The notes beneath the pieces are model-generated. The model was given only the letters and a program-made list of their open reading frames with translations, did no database searches and was not told the DNA's origin. Both the position numbers and the translations under genes were made by a program. From Cocleimonas sp. (GTDB lineage: Bacteria; Pseudomonadota; Gammaproteobacteria; Thiotrichales; Thiotrichaceae): a DNA stretch of 64,000 bases. This document shows positions 1 to 8,363 of this stretch, one piece after another; the stretch's first letter is position 1; the number at the start of each line of letters is the position of its first letter. Where the stretch lies: positions 8,875 through 72,874 of the forward strand of contig JBALXO010000004.1 of NCBI GenBank assembly GCA_036960615.1, read 5' to 3'.

Positions 1-1241
1 CGGCCTGTGCCATGGCGATCGAGTAAGTTTTGAATTATGGAATCTGTGTTGTAGTCAGCTTGGTATTCAGTAACCGCATCTTTGCCAAGATAATCGGTTA
101 ACTGCTTGAGTTTTTCAGCGTCATTTGGATTCGCATCTTCATTTTGCAACCACTCTACCAAGTCATTGACTGGTTTGTAGTGCTGCTCTTCTTTGACGTA
201 TTCTTTGAGATCATAAAAACGATCTGGGTCAAGCAGGCGTAGACGTGCAAAATGACCTTCAACGCCTAACTGTTCTGGCGTTGCTGTTAACAATAATAAA
301 CTTGGTACTTCTAACGACAGTGATTCAACGCAAGCGTATTCATTACTGATATGTGTTTCGCTCCAGCTTAAGTGATGCGCCTCATCAACGATCATCATAT
401 CCCAACCAGCATCAACCGCTTGTTGATGACGCACTGGATTTTCACTTAAAAAATCAAGGCTACATAAAACTAGCTGCGCGCTTTCGAATGGATTGATATG
501 CGTTTCTTCATCGCCTTCGTCTTCAATCGCAAAACAACGGTCTTCATCCAAAATGGTAAATTTAAGATTGAAACGACGTAACATTTCAACCAACCACTGA
601 TGAACCAAAGTCTCAGGAACAATAACTAAAGCGCGCTTAACGCGTTCGGTTAACACTTGTTGATGTAGAATCAAACCCGCTTCAATAGTTTTACCCAAAC
701 CTACCTCATCAGCCAATAAAACACGTGGCGCATGACGACGAGCAACCTGATGTGAAATGTATAATTGGTGAGCTAAAGGCTGGATACGAGGTCCAGCCAA
801 GCCATAACTATCTGATTGCTGTTGACGGTGAATATGTTCTTGAGTCGCAACGCGTAATTCAAAATGCGCGAGCTTATCGACTTGCCCTGCAAATAAACGA
901 TCTTGCGGTTGACTAAACTGTGAAAAGCTATCGAGTTCTAGTTCATGAACCTTGACCAATTCATCAGCAGTATTAAAACCTTCATAAACGATACAGTGAT
1001 TATGTTCACCATGACCCGTAATCCGAATCTTACCTGCTTCACCTTCGGTATTGATTGTTTGCCCAATAGGATATTTAACTCTATTTAACGGCGCGTTATC
1101 CGTAGCATAAGCGCGAGTCTCATCAACAGCAGGAAAAATAATCGTCAGTAAACGACCCTCTACCTTCTCGATAAAACCAATACCTAAAGCAGATTCAGTA
1201 TTACTTACCCAACGTTGACCAGGATGAAATTCTTTATTCAT
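1..1241 (-). CDS. rapA: RNA polymerase-associated SNF2-family ATPase RapA/HepA, N-terminal ~413 codons (rest of gene lies left of the window)
   Basis: Missing from the ORF track because it runs off the window edge. My minus-strand translation from the ATG at complement(1239..1241) reads MNKEFHPGQRWVSNTESALGIGFIEKVEGR...LLADEVGLGKTIEAG...MIVDEAHHL...LLLTATPEQLG. This is the RapA N-terminal domain plus SNF2 helicase motifs I, II and III. Confidence 0.9.
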   Translation of the reverse strand, partial: MNKEFHPGQRWVSNTESALGIGFIEKVEGRLLTIIFPAVDETRAYATDNAPLNRVKYPIGQTINTEGEAGKIRITGHGEHNHCIVYEGFNTADELVKVHELELDSFSQFSQPQDRLFAGQVDKLAHFELRVATQEHIHRQQQSDSYGLAGPRIQPLAHQLYISHQVARRHAPRVLLADEVGLGKTIEAGLILHQQVLTERVKRALVIVPETLVHQWLVEMLRRFNLKFTILDEDRCFAIEDEGDEETHINPFESAQLVLCSLDFLSENPVRHQQAVDAGWDMMIVDEAHHLSWSETHISNEYACVESLSLEVPSLLLLTATPEQLGVEGHFARLRLLDPDRFYDLKEYVKEEQHYKPVNDLVEWLQNEDANPNDAEKLKQLTDYLGKDAVTEYQADYNTDSIIQNLLDRHGTG

Positions 1242-1323
1242 GTGACTCTTTCAGCAATAAAAATTTAGGGAGAGTATTTTGAATCATATAGCGCGAAGGT
1301 CAAGTAACCATCAGTGTTTAAAT

Positions 1324-1357
1324 GGGAAAAGTGCCAAAAAGGTAGGGGGGTGTCTTT
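1324..1357 (-). repeat. C-rich extragenic repeat, copy 1
   Basis: Minus strand reads AAAGACACCCCCCTACCTTTTTGGCACTTTTCCC. It lies 171 nt downstream of the glnN stop, in sense orientation. Confidence 0.9.
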
Positions 1358-1375
1358 ATATATACCTTCAAATAC

Positions 1376-1400
1376 AAAAAAAGACCGCCAAAGCAGTCTT
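1376..1400 (-). terminator. Rho-independent terminator downstream of glnN
   Basis: On the minus strand AAGACTGC-TTTG-GCGGTCTT forms an 8-bp stem (one G-U pair) followed by a T-run (plus-strand A-run 1376-1380). The equivalent plus-strand stem has a C-A mismatch. Confidence 0.6.
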
Positions 1401-1428
1401 TTCATATTCAATATTAATATTCAGGTTG

Positions 1429-1519
1429 CCCCTAGAGTTTGTGAGTTCAAGGCAGGGAATTAGGAGCTTACAAATGTAAGTAACTAAATCCCTAACGCCG
1501 AAATTGCAGACTCTAGGGG
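1429..1519. repeat. 91-nt imperfect long inverted repeat between the glnN stop codon and its terminator
   Basis: CCCCTAGAGT (1429-1438) pairs perfectly with ACTCTAGGGG (1510-1519). Internal arms partly pair (GGGAATTAGGAGCTTAC / GTAAGTAACTAAATCCC) around an apical CTTAC-AAAT-GTAAG hairpin. Confidence 0.6.
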
Positions 1520-1527
1520 TGAACTGA

Positions 1528-3699
1528 TTATTTAATATAGAGCATTTCTTGATATGTTGGTAACGGCCATAGATCATCAGCAACCACACTTTCAAGTGCA
1601 TCAACATTAGCACGCGCTTCATCCATCAAACTTCTGATAGTCTTTGCACAGAATTGCATATGCTCTTCTTCAGATCCATGATCTTCTTTAGCCATTGCAT
1701 CTTCAAGTTTACTTACTGCTGCCATCATGCCGTTGATATTTTCAGCGACACCTGCTGCTATGCTGTTATCCATTTCAATACCCATTTCAGACGCTGCTGT
1801 TGATGCCATTGCTAGGTCAGTTAGATAGCGTGTTGCTGCTGGGTAAATTGAGGTTTTAGTCATGTTAATAACAAGCTTAGCTTCAACTTCAATCGTTAGA
1901 ATATATTGCTCAGAATAAACGTCAAAACGACTCTCTAGCTCGACAGGTGATAAAACACCAGTGCTCGAAAACAGCTCTTTGATGCTAGCATCTTTAAGAT
2001 AAGGAAGCGCATCAGCTGTTGTAGGTAGATTTTTCAAACCACGCTTAACTGCTTCTTCATGCCATTCTGATGAGTAACCGTCACCGCCGAATACCGCTTG
2101 ACCATTATCAGTCATTAACTTCTTAAGCACAGCGATGGTTGCCGCTGTTGTATCACTATTACTCTTAAGCTCAGTTTCAAGCTCAGTCGCAATCCAGTTT
2201 AATGAATCAGCCAACATGGTGTTCATTGCAATCAATGGACCCGTTACTGATTGATCAGAACCTACTGCACGGAACTCAAAACGGTTGCCTGTAAATGCAA
2301 ATGGAGAGGTTCTATTACGATCACCAACATCTTTAGCGAATGGCATGATCTGCGAAAGCCCCATATCCATAACTCCGCCTTCACCAGCGTTATCTAGCTT
2401 GCCTTCTTTAATTTGATTAAATACGCCTTCGATCTGTGACCCAAGGTAAACTGATAAAATCGCTGGTGGCGCTTCATTAGCACCTAAACGATGATCATTA
2501 CCCGCTGTTGCGATAACTGCACGTAGTAATGGGCCAAATAAGTTAACACCACGAATTACTGCACCACAAAAGAGTAGGAAATTTAGGTTTTCATGAGGTG
2601 TTCTACCTGGGTCAAGTAAGTTACCTTGTGTGGCATTTCCTACAGACCAATTCACGTGTTTGCCAGAACCGTTAATGCCAGCAAATGGTTTCTCGTGCAT
2701 CAAACAAACAAAGCCATGTTTTTTTGCCGTGTTTTTAAAAACAGTCATTAATAACTGCTGATGATCAGCTGCGACGTTCGCCGCTTCATAATAAGGAGCA
2801 ATTTCAAACTGCCCTGGTGCTACTTCGTTGTGACGTGTTTTTGCTGGGATGCCTAAACGATAAAGTTGATCTTCCACATCTTGCATGAAAACCTGTACAC
2901 GAGGTGGAATTGCACCAAAATAATGATCATCAAATTCTTGACCCTTCGCTGGTGGTGCTCCGAATAAAGTACGACCCGCTAAAAGTAAGTCAGGACGAAG
3001 GTTTGCAAAGTTAGAATCAACTAGGAAATATTCTTGCTCAGCGCCACAACTTGAATTTAGTGTCGCAACATCTTCTTCGCCCATCAGTTTCAAAACTTTC
3101 TGTGCCGCATCGTTCATCGCTGAGTTTGAGCGTAATAGTGGTACTTTTTTGTCTAAAGATTCACCAGACCAAGAAATAAAGATGCACGGAATACATAAAG
3201 TTGCGCCGTTATCTGTTTGCATAATATATGCAGGACTGGTTGGATCCCATGCTGTATAACCACGAGCTGCATTAGTTACACGGATACTTCCGTTAGGAAA
3301 TGATGATCCGTCTGGCTCGCCTTTGATTAACAAGCTTCCAGTGAATTCTGTAATTGCTTTACCCGTAGAATCAGACACGATGAAACCATCATGCTTCTCT
3401 GCAGATGCGCCTGTCATTGGGTAGAAAATATGTGAGAAGTAATTAGCGCCTTTCGACATTGCCCAATCTTTCATCGCCGCTGCAATAACATCAGCCGTTC
3501 CAGCATCTAAAGCTTTTCCAGTTGCTACTGTTTTCTTGACCGCTTTAAAGGCTTTAGAAGACAATGCTTCTTCCATTTTTACTAATGTAAATACATCAGT
3601 AGCCCAAATTTTATCTAAAGGCTTAGGCTTCTTAACTGACATTGGCTCACTGTTAGTGATCTGAAAAATCGCTTGTGCGCGTGACTCACTTCCACTCAT
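1528..3699 (-). CDS. glnN: glutamine synthetase, type III (723 aa)
   Basis: The ~720-aa length is characteristic of type III GS. GS catalytic-domain motifs are present (EVAPGQFEI, NGSGKHVNWS, FEFRAVGS). A sigma-54 promoter lies upstream. Confidence 0.9.
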   Translation of the reverse strand: MSGSESRAQAIFQITNSEPMSVKKPKPLDKIWATDVFTLVKMEEALSSKAFKAVKKTVATGKALDAGTADVIAAAMKDWAMSKGANYFSHIFYPMTGASAEKHDGFIVSDSTGKAITEFTGSLLIKGEPDGSSFPNGSIRVTNAARGYTAWDPTSPAYIMQTDNGATLCIPCIFISWSGESLDKKVPLLRSNSAMNDAAQKVLKLMGEEDVATLNSSCGAEQEYFLVDSNFANLRPDLLLAGRTLFGAPPAKGQEFDDHYFGAIPPRVQVFMQDVEDQLYRLGIPAKTRHNEVAPGQFEIAPYYEAANVAADHQQLLMTVFKNTAKKHGFVCLMHEKPFAGINGSGKHVNWSVGNATQGNLLDPGRTPHENLNFLLFCGAVIRGVNLFGPLLRAVIATAGNDHRLGANEAPPAILSVYLGSQIEGVFNQIKEGKLDNAGEGGVMDMGLSQIMPFAKDVGDRNRTSPFAFTGNRFEFRAVGSDQSVTGPLIAMNTMLADSLNWIATELETELKSNSDTTAATIAVLKKLMTDNGQAVFGGDGYSSEWHEEAVKRGLKNLPTTADALPYLKDASIKELFSSTGVLSPVELESRFDVYSEQYILTIEVEAKLVINMTKTSIYPAATRYLTDLAMASTAASEMGIEMDNSIAAGVAENINGMMAAVSKLEDAMAKEDHGSEEEHMQFCAKTIRSLMDEARANVDALESVVADDLWPLPTYQEMLYIK

Positions 3700-3783
3700 T
3701 GGGTAACTCCTTAATAAACTTTAAATTTCTTTTAACTAAAATAGTATAATCTTCAGTGCGTTAGTATACGTAAGTATAATATA

Positions 3784-3799
3784 AGCAAAAGGTGTGCCA
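3784..3799 (-). promoter_or_regulatory. sigma-54 (-24/-12) promoter of glnN
   Basis: The minus strand reads TGGCAC-ACCTT-TTGCT, a perfect TGGCAC-N5-TTGC(A/T) match, ~85 nt upstream of the glnN ATG. Confidence 0.8.
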
Positions 3800-3933
3800 A
3801 GTATATGAGTGATAATTGTTTCTAAGTTCTGTTTATAAGCTAAGGATAAATAGCGTTTTTTTAGATAGTTTGTTTTATTTAATCTGAACAGTAATAACAT
3901 TTACGCACTAAATTACGGCAAATAGAGATTATA

Positions 3934-3950
3934 TGCACCTTATAAGTGCA
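3934..3950. promoter_or_regulatory. NtrC-like enhancer site (TGCACC-N5-AGTGCA)
   Basis: TGCACCTTATAAGTGCA is a 17-bp near-palindrome with TGCAC/GTGCA ends, like the NtrC consensus TGCACCnnnnnGGTGCA. It lies ~135-150 bp upstream of the sigma-54 promoter on the glnN side. Confidence 0.55.
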
Positions 3951-3972
3951 ATAAATTAGGTTTTACATAAGA

Positions 3973-4764
3973 ATGACCACAATAAACTGGGATAAAACAA
4001 TAGCCGCTAGTTGGCGAACAAGACAAGAAAAACTCAAAGTAGTGAGTGATGTTGACTTACTAGAGATGGATAAGTTGCTTTGTATTGATAGGCAAAAAAA
4101 GGCGTTTATCGGCAATATTGAAAACTTTTTAGAAGGCAAACCAACCAATCATATTTTGCTTTGGGGCGCACGTGGCACGGGTAAGTCATCCTTAGTAAAA
4201 GCCGCTTTGAATAAATATCACAAGCGTAAATTACGTGTCATAGAAATCCCTAAAGATGATTTGCGCTGGTTGATTGAGATCACCGATGAGATTCGTAATC
4301 TTGATTATCGTTTTATTATTTTTTGTGATGATTTATCGTTTGAAGAAGGTGAAACCACTTATAAAGAATTAAAAAGCACTTTGCAGGGTTCGATTGAAAA
4401 ACCACCAGAGAATGTGTTGATTATCGCCACATCGAATCGTCGCCATCTAATCCCTGAGCGCATGAGCGACAACGAACAATCTAGTTTAAACGGCGAAATA
4501 CACGCCGCTGATACAGTGCAAGAAAAAATGTCTTTGGCTGATCGCTTTGGCATGTCTTTGTCTTTTTACCCAATGACTCAGGATGAATATTTATCAATTG
4601 TGGATATGTTATTTGAAAATGAGAATATTGAAGATCTTTCTCATCTTCATGTTCTAGCAGCACGCTTTGCTGGTGAGAGAGGCAGTCGCTCAGGGCGAAT
4701 AGCCGAACAGTTTTATAATGCATGGTCGATTGATAATAGTTTTTGTAAACGTAAGATTGATTAG
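3973..4764 (+). CDS. P-loop ATPase, DUF815/AAA-like family
   Basis: Walker A GARGTGKSS and Walker B-like IIFCDDLSF. The overall layout resembles DUF815 ATP-binding proteins. Confidence 0.75.
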   Translation: MTTINWDKTIAASWRTRQEKLKVVSDVDLLEMDKLLCIDRQKKAFIGNIENFLEGKPTNHILLWGARGTGKSSLVKAALNKYHKRKLRVIEIPKDDLRWLIEITDEIRNLDYRFIIFCDDLSFEEGETTYKELKSTLQGSIEKPPENVLIIATSNRRHLIPERMSDNEQSSLNGEIHAADTVQEKMSLADRFGMSLSFYPMTQDEYLSIVDMLFENENIEDLSHLHVLAARFAGERGSRSGRIAEQFYNAWSIDNSFCKRKID

Positions 4765-4840
4765 GGGAAGGCTAGAATAATGCACAAAAACCATCACAAG
4801 CATCGCGAAACAATTATTTTAGCTTGCTCATTGGATGTAT

Positions 4841-4874
4841 TTAAAAAACACGTAAAAAGGTGGGGCTGTCTTTT
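4841..4874 (-). repeat. C-rich extragenic repeat, copy 2
   Basis: Minus strand reads AAAAGACAGCCCCACCTTTTTACGTGTTTTTTAA, 20 nt downstream of the M50-like gene stop, in sense orientation. Confidence 0.8.
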
Positions 4875-4893
4875 AATATAAAAACTAATGATA

Positions 4894-5574
4894 TTAAAAA
4901 CCAGAACCATCCTTCTGCTCTTTTTCATCCTCCCTAATCCACAGTTCGTAGTCCATTCCCGAAGAGAATAAGCATAATAGAATCCCCATACCATCGTTGG
5001 GTGTACTGCCATCTTTAGTAACAATTCCTAAAGGGATAAGATTAAGTACTGCCCCAGCCAAAGCGGCAAAAGCGAAACTTTGAAGTGCTATTCGAGTGTA
5101 ATCGTTTGTGATGGTGAATAATTGATCGAAGCCACCAAGCCAATAACTAATCATAAAAAATGCAAGTAATTCAATTCCTGGACCCGCAAAGTAAATTAAA
5201 GCATGTTTAAATCGTGCTAAGTTGACAGTTTTAGGTGCGATCTGCACAAAGCCTTCTAAGGGAATCGAACGAATTTCTACTGGTGCATTAAATAAGCGAC
5301 TGACCATCATGATTTTACCGACACCCAAGACCACTCGCTTTACCTGCCAGCCTAAAATTTTTGCCATTAAAGCATGACCAAATTCATGTATGAAAAGCAA
5401 AGGAATCCAGAACACCACAAACAATAATGCACCTAATTTTTTAGGTTCGAAGTTTGTGGATATTTCCATAAACATCATAAATAGAAAAGCGATGCTAATG
5501 ACAACAAGGAATATTTTTTCACCTTTTGAAATAGGCTTTTTATCGTTGTCGCGTTGATCAAAATACATAGGCAT
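4894..5574 (-). CDS. membrane zinc metalloprotease, M50-like (HExxH)
   Basis: HEFGHALMAK motif inside a multi-TM protein. I trimmed the start to the internal ATG (MPMYFDQ...) to remove a ~100-nt 5' overlap with the divergent gene, so the start is uncertain. Confidence 0.65.
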   Translation of the reverse strand: MPMYFDQRDNDKKPISKGEKIFLVVISIAFLFMMFMEISTNFEPKKLGALLFVVFWIPLLFIHEFGHALMAKILGWQVKRVVLGVGKIMMVSRLFNAPVEIRSIPLEGFVQIAPKTVNLARFKHALIYFAGPGIELLAFFMISYWLGGFDQLFTITNDYTRIALQSFAFAALAGAVLNLIPLGIVTKDGSTPNDGMGILLCLFSSGMDYELWIREDEKEQKDGSGF

Positions 5575-5631
5575 TTCATAAACAGTTATAATGAATTTAG
5601 GCCTTATATTATAACAGACAGAGCATTCATT

Positions 5632-6030
5632 ATGATCAGCAGAGCAAATTATCAATTACCTGAAATCAACTTAGAAGTGCCTTTAGAAACAGTTAAAGAA
5701 ATCTGTGAGGTTTATGGTTTACCTGAAATTTGGGCAAAAATTGAAAAAGATACTCCGGCTAAACCATTCGTGAGTGATGGCTGCACGATGTGGCCTGATA
5801 TCACCAGTGGCATTAGTATTTACGAGGCATGCTTTCTACATGACCTTAAATATTGGTGCGGAAATCCTGGAGAAGATGTGGATAGATTAAAAGCCGATGC
5901 CGAACTGATGATGGATGTAGCGCGCATCAGAGATTCAGTAAAAATGGCTGAAATCATGTTTCATGGTGTTCGTAGAGGTGGAACAGAACATCTCAAGCGA
6001 GCCTTCTCTTGGGGTTTTGGTCGGTTTTGA
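5632..6030 (+). CDS. hypothetical protein with a Cys/His-Asp motif (possible phospholipase-A2-like fold)
   Basis: Start moved to the ATG giving MISRANYQ (the track start is a TTG that overlaps the divergent gene). The motif SDGCTMWPD...ACFLHDLKYWCG recalls CxxHDxxY-type PLA2 active sites. This is recall only. Confidence 0.5.
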   Translation: MISRANYQLPEINLEVPLETVKEICEVYGLPEIWAKIEKDTPAKPFVSDGCTMWPDITSGISIYEACFLHDLKYWCGNPGEDVDRLKADAELMMDVARIRDSVKMAEIMFHGVRRGGTEHLKRAFSWGFGRF

Positions 6031-6070
6031 TAAGAATTTCAATTTGCTAAAACTCAGCTTTCAACTGTAT

Positions 6071-6433
6071 TTATTTAATGATATTTAATGAAAATGGGTA
6101 ATCGAAATCGCCCTCACGAAAAACCATTACTGCAGCCATCACTGCAAACACAAGTCCGCCTATTCCTGTCATGAACGCCAACGCTATAATAGGCTTTATC
6201 AAAGCGGCAAGTAATGTACATCCAAACGCGATAACCAAGATAGTTAACTGAAAATTAATCGCTTTTTTCCCTTGGATATCAAGATAGCTACTCTCATGTT
6301 TTTTTAGCATCCAAATCAATAATGGCCCAAGTGCCAATGCAAGTGGAAATAACATTCCAGCAAAAGCAGAGGCGTGGATTGCAGTTGCCCATTTGCGCTC
6401 AGTAAGATTATTTGGTTGTAATTCTTTGCTCAT
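6071..6433 (-). CDS. DUF4870-like small membrane protein
   Basis: 120 aa, 3-4 TM segments, N-terminal ERKWATAIHASAFAGMLFP...LLIWMLKK pattern typical of DUF4870 proteins. Confidence 0.65.
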   Translation of the reverse strand: MSKELQPNNLTERKWATAIHASAFAGMLFPLALALGPLLIWMLKKHESSYLDIQGKKAINFQLTILVIAFGCTLLAALIKPIIALAFMTGIGGLVFAVMAAVMVFREGDFDYPFSLNIIK

Positions 6434-6571
6434 TATTTGCCTAAATTCAAAAAGTTTTGTGGATTAAAAGTTCCATACTACTGACATCACATAGCCTTTA
6501 TCGGAAAATCATTAAGTATCAGCTACTATTTGATATAATCGAGTCAAATTCATGTTTTTCAAGGCAAATTT

Positions 6572-7189
6572 ATGAAAACCTTAGCTCCTTTATATTGTGC
6601 TCTTTTATTAATTGTATCGCAGTCGGCCGTTCATGCTGATGGTTTATATAAGTGGAAGGATGCACGAGGCAATACTCAATATGGAGACAGACCTCCTGCT
6701 AATGTTAATGCGAAGTCAATAGACCTTCCTAAGATCACTATTATTGATAACTATGCTGATCAGTGGAAACCTATTAAGTTTGATGAGCCTCAAACTGACA
6801 CAGCGGTAAAAGCAAAGCCTAAAGTAAGTAAAACCTATACTAAATTAGCCTTCTTAGCCCCAAAACAGGGACAAGGAATTCGCGCTAATAACGGCGATGT
6901 GTCTGCAATGATTAGTATTAAGCCACCATTGAAAAAAGGACATCAATTGGTTTTTTCTGTTGATGGCGAAATAATAGGTAAAGGAAAGTCACGAACTCAG
7001 AACTTTTCAAATCTAAATCGTGGAAGTCATACTATCGGCGTGAAAGTTATTGATAAAAGAGGAAAGACACTTAAAAGTAGTTCTGTAGGATTTAATGTAC
7101 TGCGTACCAATGGCTTAAGCAAGACTCAAGCAAATACTGCACCTCAAAAGCTACCGCAAGCAAGATCTTATAATGCTGCAAAGCAATAG
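6572..7189 (+). CDS. secreted DUF4124-domain protein
   Basis: Signal peptide (MKTLAPLYCALLLIVSQSAVHA) followed by LYKWKDARGNTQYGDRPP, the DUF4124 signature. Confidence 0.7.
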   Translation: MKTLAPLYCALLLIVSQSAVHADGLYKWKDARGNTQYGDRPPANVNAKSIDLPKITIIDNYADQWKPIKFDEPQTDTAVKAKPKVSKTYTKLAFLAPKQGQGIRANNGDVSAMISIKPPLKKGHQLVFSVDGEIIGKGKSRTQNFSNLNRGSHTIGVKVIDKRGKTLKSSSVGFNVLRTNGLSKTQANTAPQKLPQARSYNAAKQ

Positions 7190-7255
7190 ATAAAGATTTA
7201 ATATTGATAACAGTAATCCGTATTAACCTCTTTTAAGTACTATAATTTACAAATT

Positions 7256-7291
7256 AAAAAGACACCCCCCTACTTATTGGCTGTTTCTGAC
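7256..7291 (+). repeat. C-rich extragenic repeat, copy 3 (left arm of convergent pair)
   Basis: AAAAAGACACCCCCCTACTTATTGGCTGTTTCTGAC, 67 nt after the DUF4124 gene stop. Confidence 0.9.
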
Positions 7292-7298
7292 TAGATTA

Positions 7299-7333
7299 GT
7301 AACAAACAGTGAAAAGTAGGGGGGTGTCTTTTT
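7299..7333 (-). repeat. C-rich extragenic repeat, copy 4 (right arm of convergent pair)
   Basis: Minus strand reads AAAAAGACACCCCCCTACTTTTCACTGTTTGTTAC, 30 nt after the pilD stop. Confidence 0.9.
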
Positions 7334-7362
7334 GTATTCTAAAAAAAATTAGGGTGTTAATC

Positions 7363-8247
7363 TTAGCCGATACCGTAATAACTACTCATCGCCTGAACAA
7401 TCTCATCACGCCAAATAAATCCAATGAATCCAGCCAGCGCTAACCAAGGGCCGAATGGAATCGGCTGACTTTCTTTTTTGCGTTGAATCAACATCAAAGA
7501 GATGCCGACAATCGCGCCAATAAAGGATGAAGCAAAAATGGTGAAGGGTAAAATCTGCCATCCACCCCACGCACCTATTGCCGCAAGTATTTTGAAATCG
7601 CCATATCCCATGCCTTCTTTTCCCGTTATCAAACGGAATAAATGGAACAAACTCCATAGCGATAGATAACCGATCATTGCACCTAATACACTGCTTTGAA
7701 GATCAACAAAAAGATGCTGATAGCTAACTGCTATACCTAGCCACATCAATGGGATCGTTAGATTATCAGGAAGCAGCATAGTCTTTGCATCAATCAAAGA
7801 CAAAGTAATCAAAGTCCAAGTAAATATAAGTGCAGCAAGTGCTTGCCAACCAAATCCCACTTCTGATGCTACAAAAACAGAAATCAAAGCAGTCAATATT
7901 TCAATGATTGGATATTGTATTGATATATTGGTTTTACAGGACGAACATTTACCTCTTAAAAACAAATAGCTTATTACAGGTATATTTTCAATCGCAGTAA
8001 TCATATGTCCACAAGTAGGACACTGTGAACGCGGTACAAATAAGTTAAATTGCTTAGAAGATTCAGTGGCAGACTCGCTGTCTTCGCCCCCAAATAACTC
8101 CTGACATTCTTCACGCCAGCCTTGCTGTAACATGATAGGAATTCGATAAATAGCGGCGTTTAAAAAGCTACCGACTAATAATGAAAACAGCCCTACGACT
8201 GTTAAATAAAAGGTAGTATTCTCCCTCAGCAGAGCAATAACTTCCAT
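7363..8247 (-). CDS. pilD: prepilin peptidase / N-methyltransferase
   Basis: Four-Cys motif CPTCGH...CSSC plus the polytopic A24 peptidase layout. Adjacent to pilC and pilB. Confidence 0.92.
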   Translation of the reverse strand: MEVIALLRENTTFYLTVVGLFSLLVGSFLNAAIYRIPIMLQQGWREECQELFGGEDSESATESSKQFNLFVPRSQCPTCGHMITAIENIPVISYLFLRGKCSSCKTNISIQYPIIEILTALISVFVASEVGFGWQALAALIFTWTLITLSLIDAKTMLLPDNLTIPLMWLGIAVSYQHLFVDLQSSVLGAMIGYLSLWSLFHLFRLITGKEGMGYGDFKILAAIGAWGGWQILPFTIFASSFIGAIVGISLMLIQRKKESQPIPFGPWLALAGFIGFIWRDEIVQAMSSYYGIG

Positions 8248-8363
8248 TTAGTTGTCCCCTATTTGTATCGACATATTTGTGACTATATCGACATCCCCTA
8301 AGTTCTATTCCATTTTTAAAAATCAAATAGAGCAATAACAATTAATCCATGTTTTAAGCTATT

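Noticed and set aside
1279-1622. Two small ORFs (1279..1479 plus strand, 1368..1622 minus strand) in the rapA-glnN spacer
   Set aside because: They cover repeat copy 1, the glnN terminator and the long inverted repeat. One of them overlaps the glnN 3' end. I interpret the region as non-coding structural or regulatory DNA.
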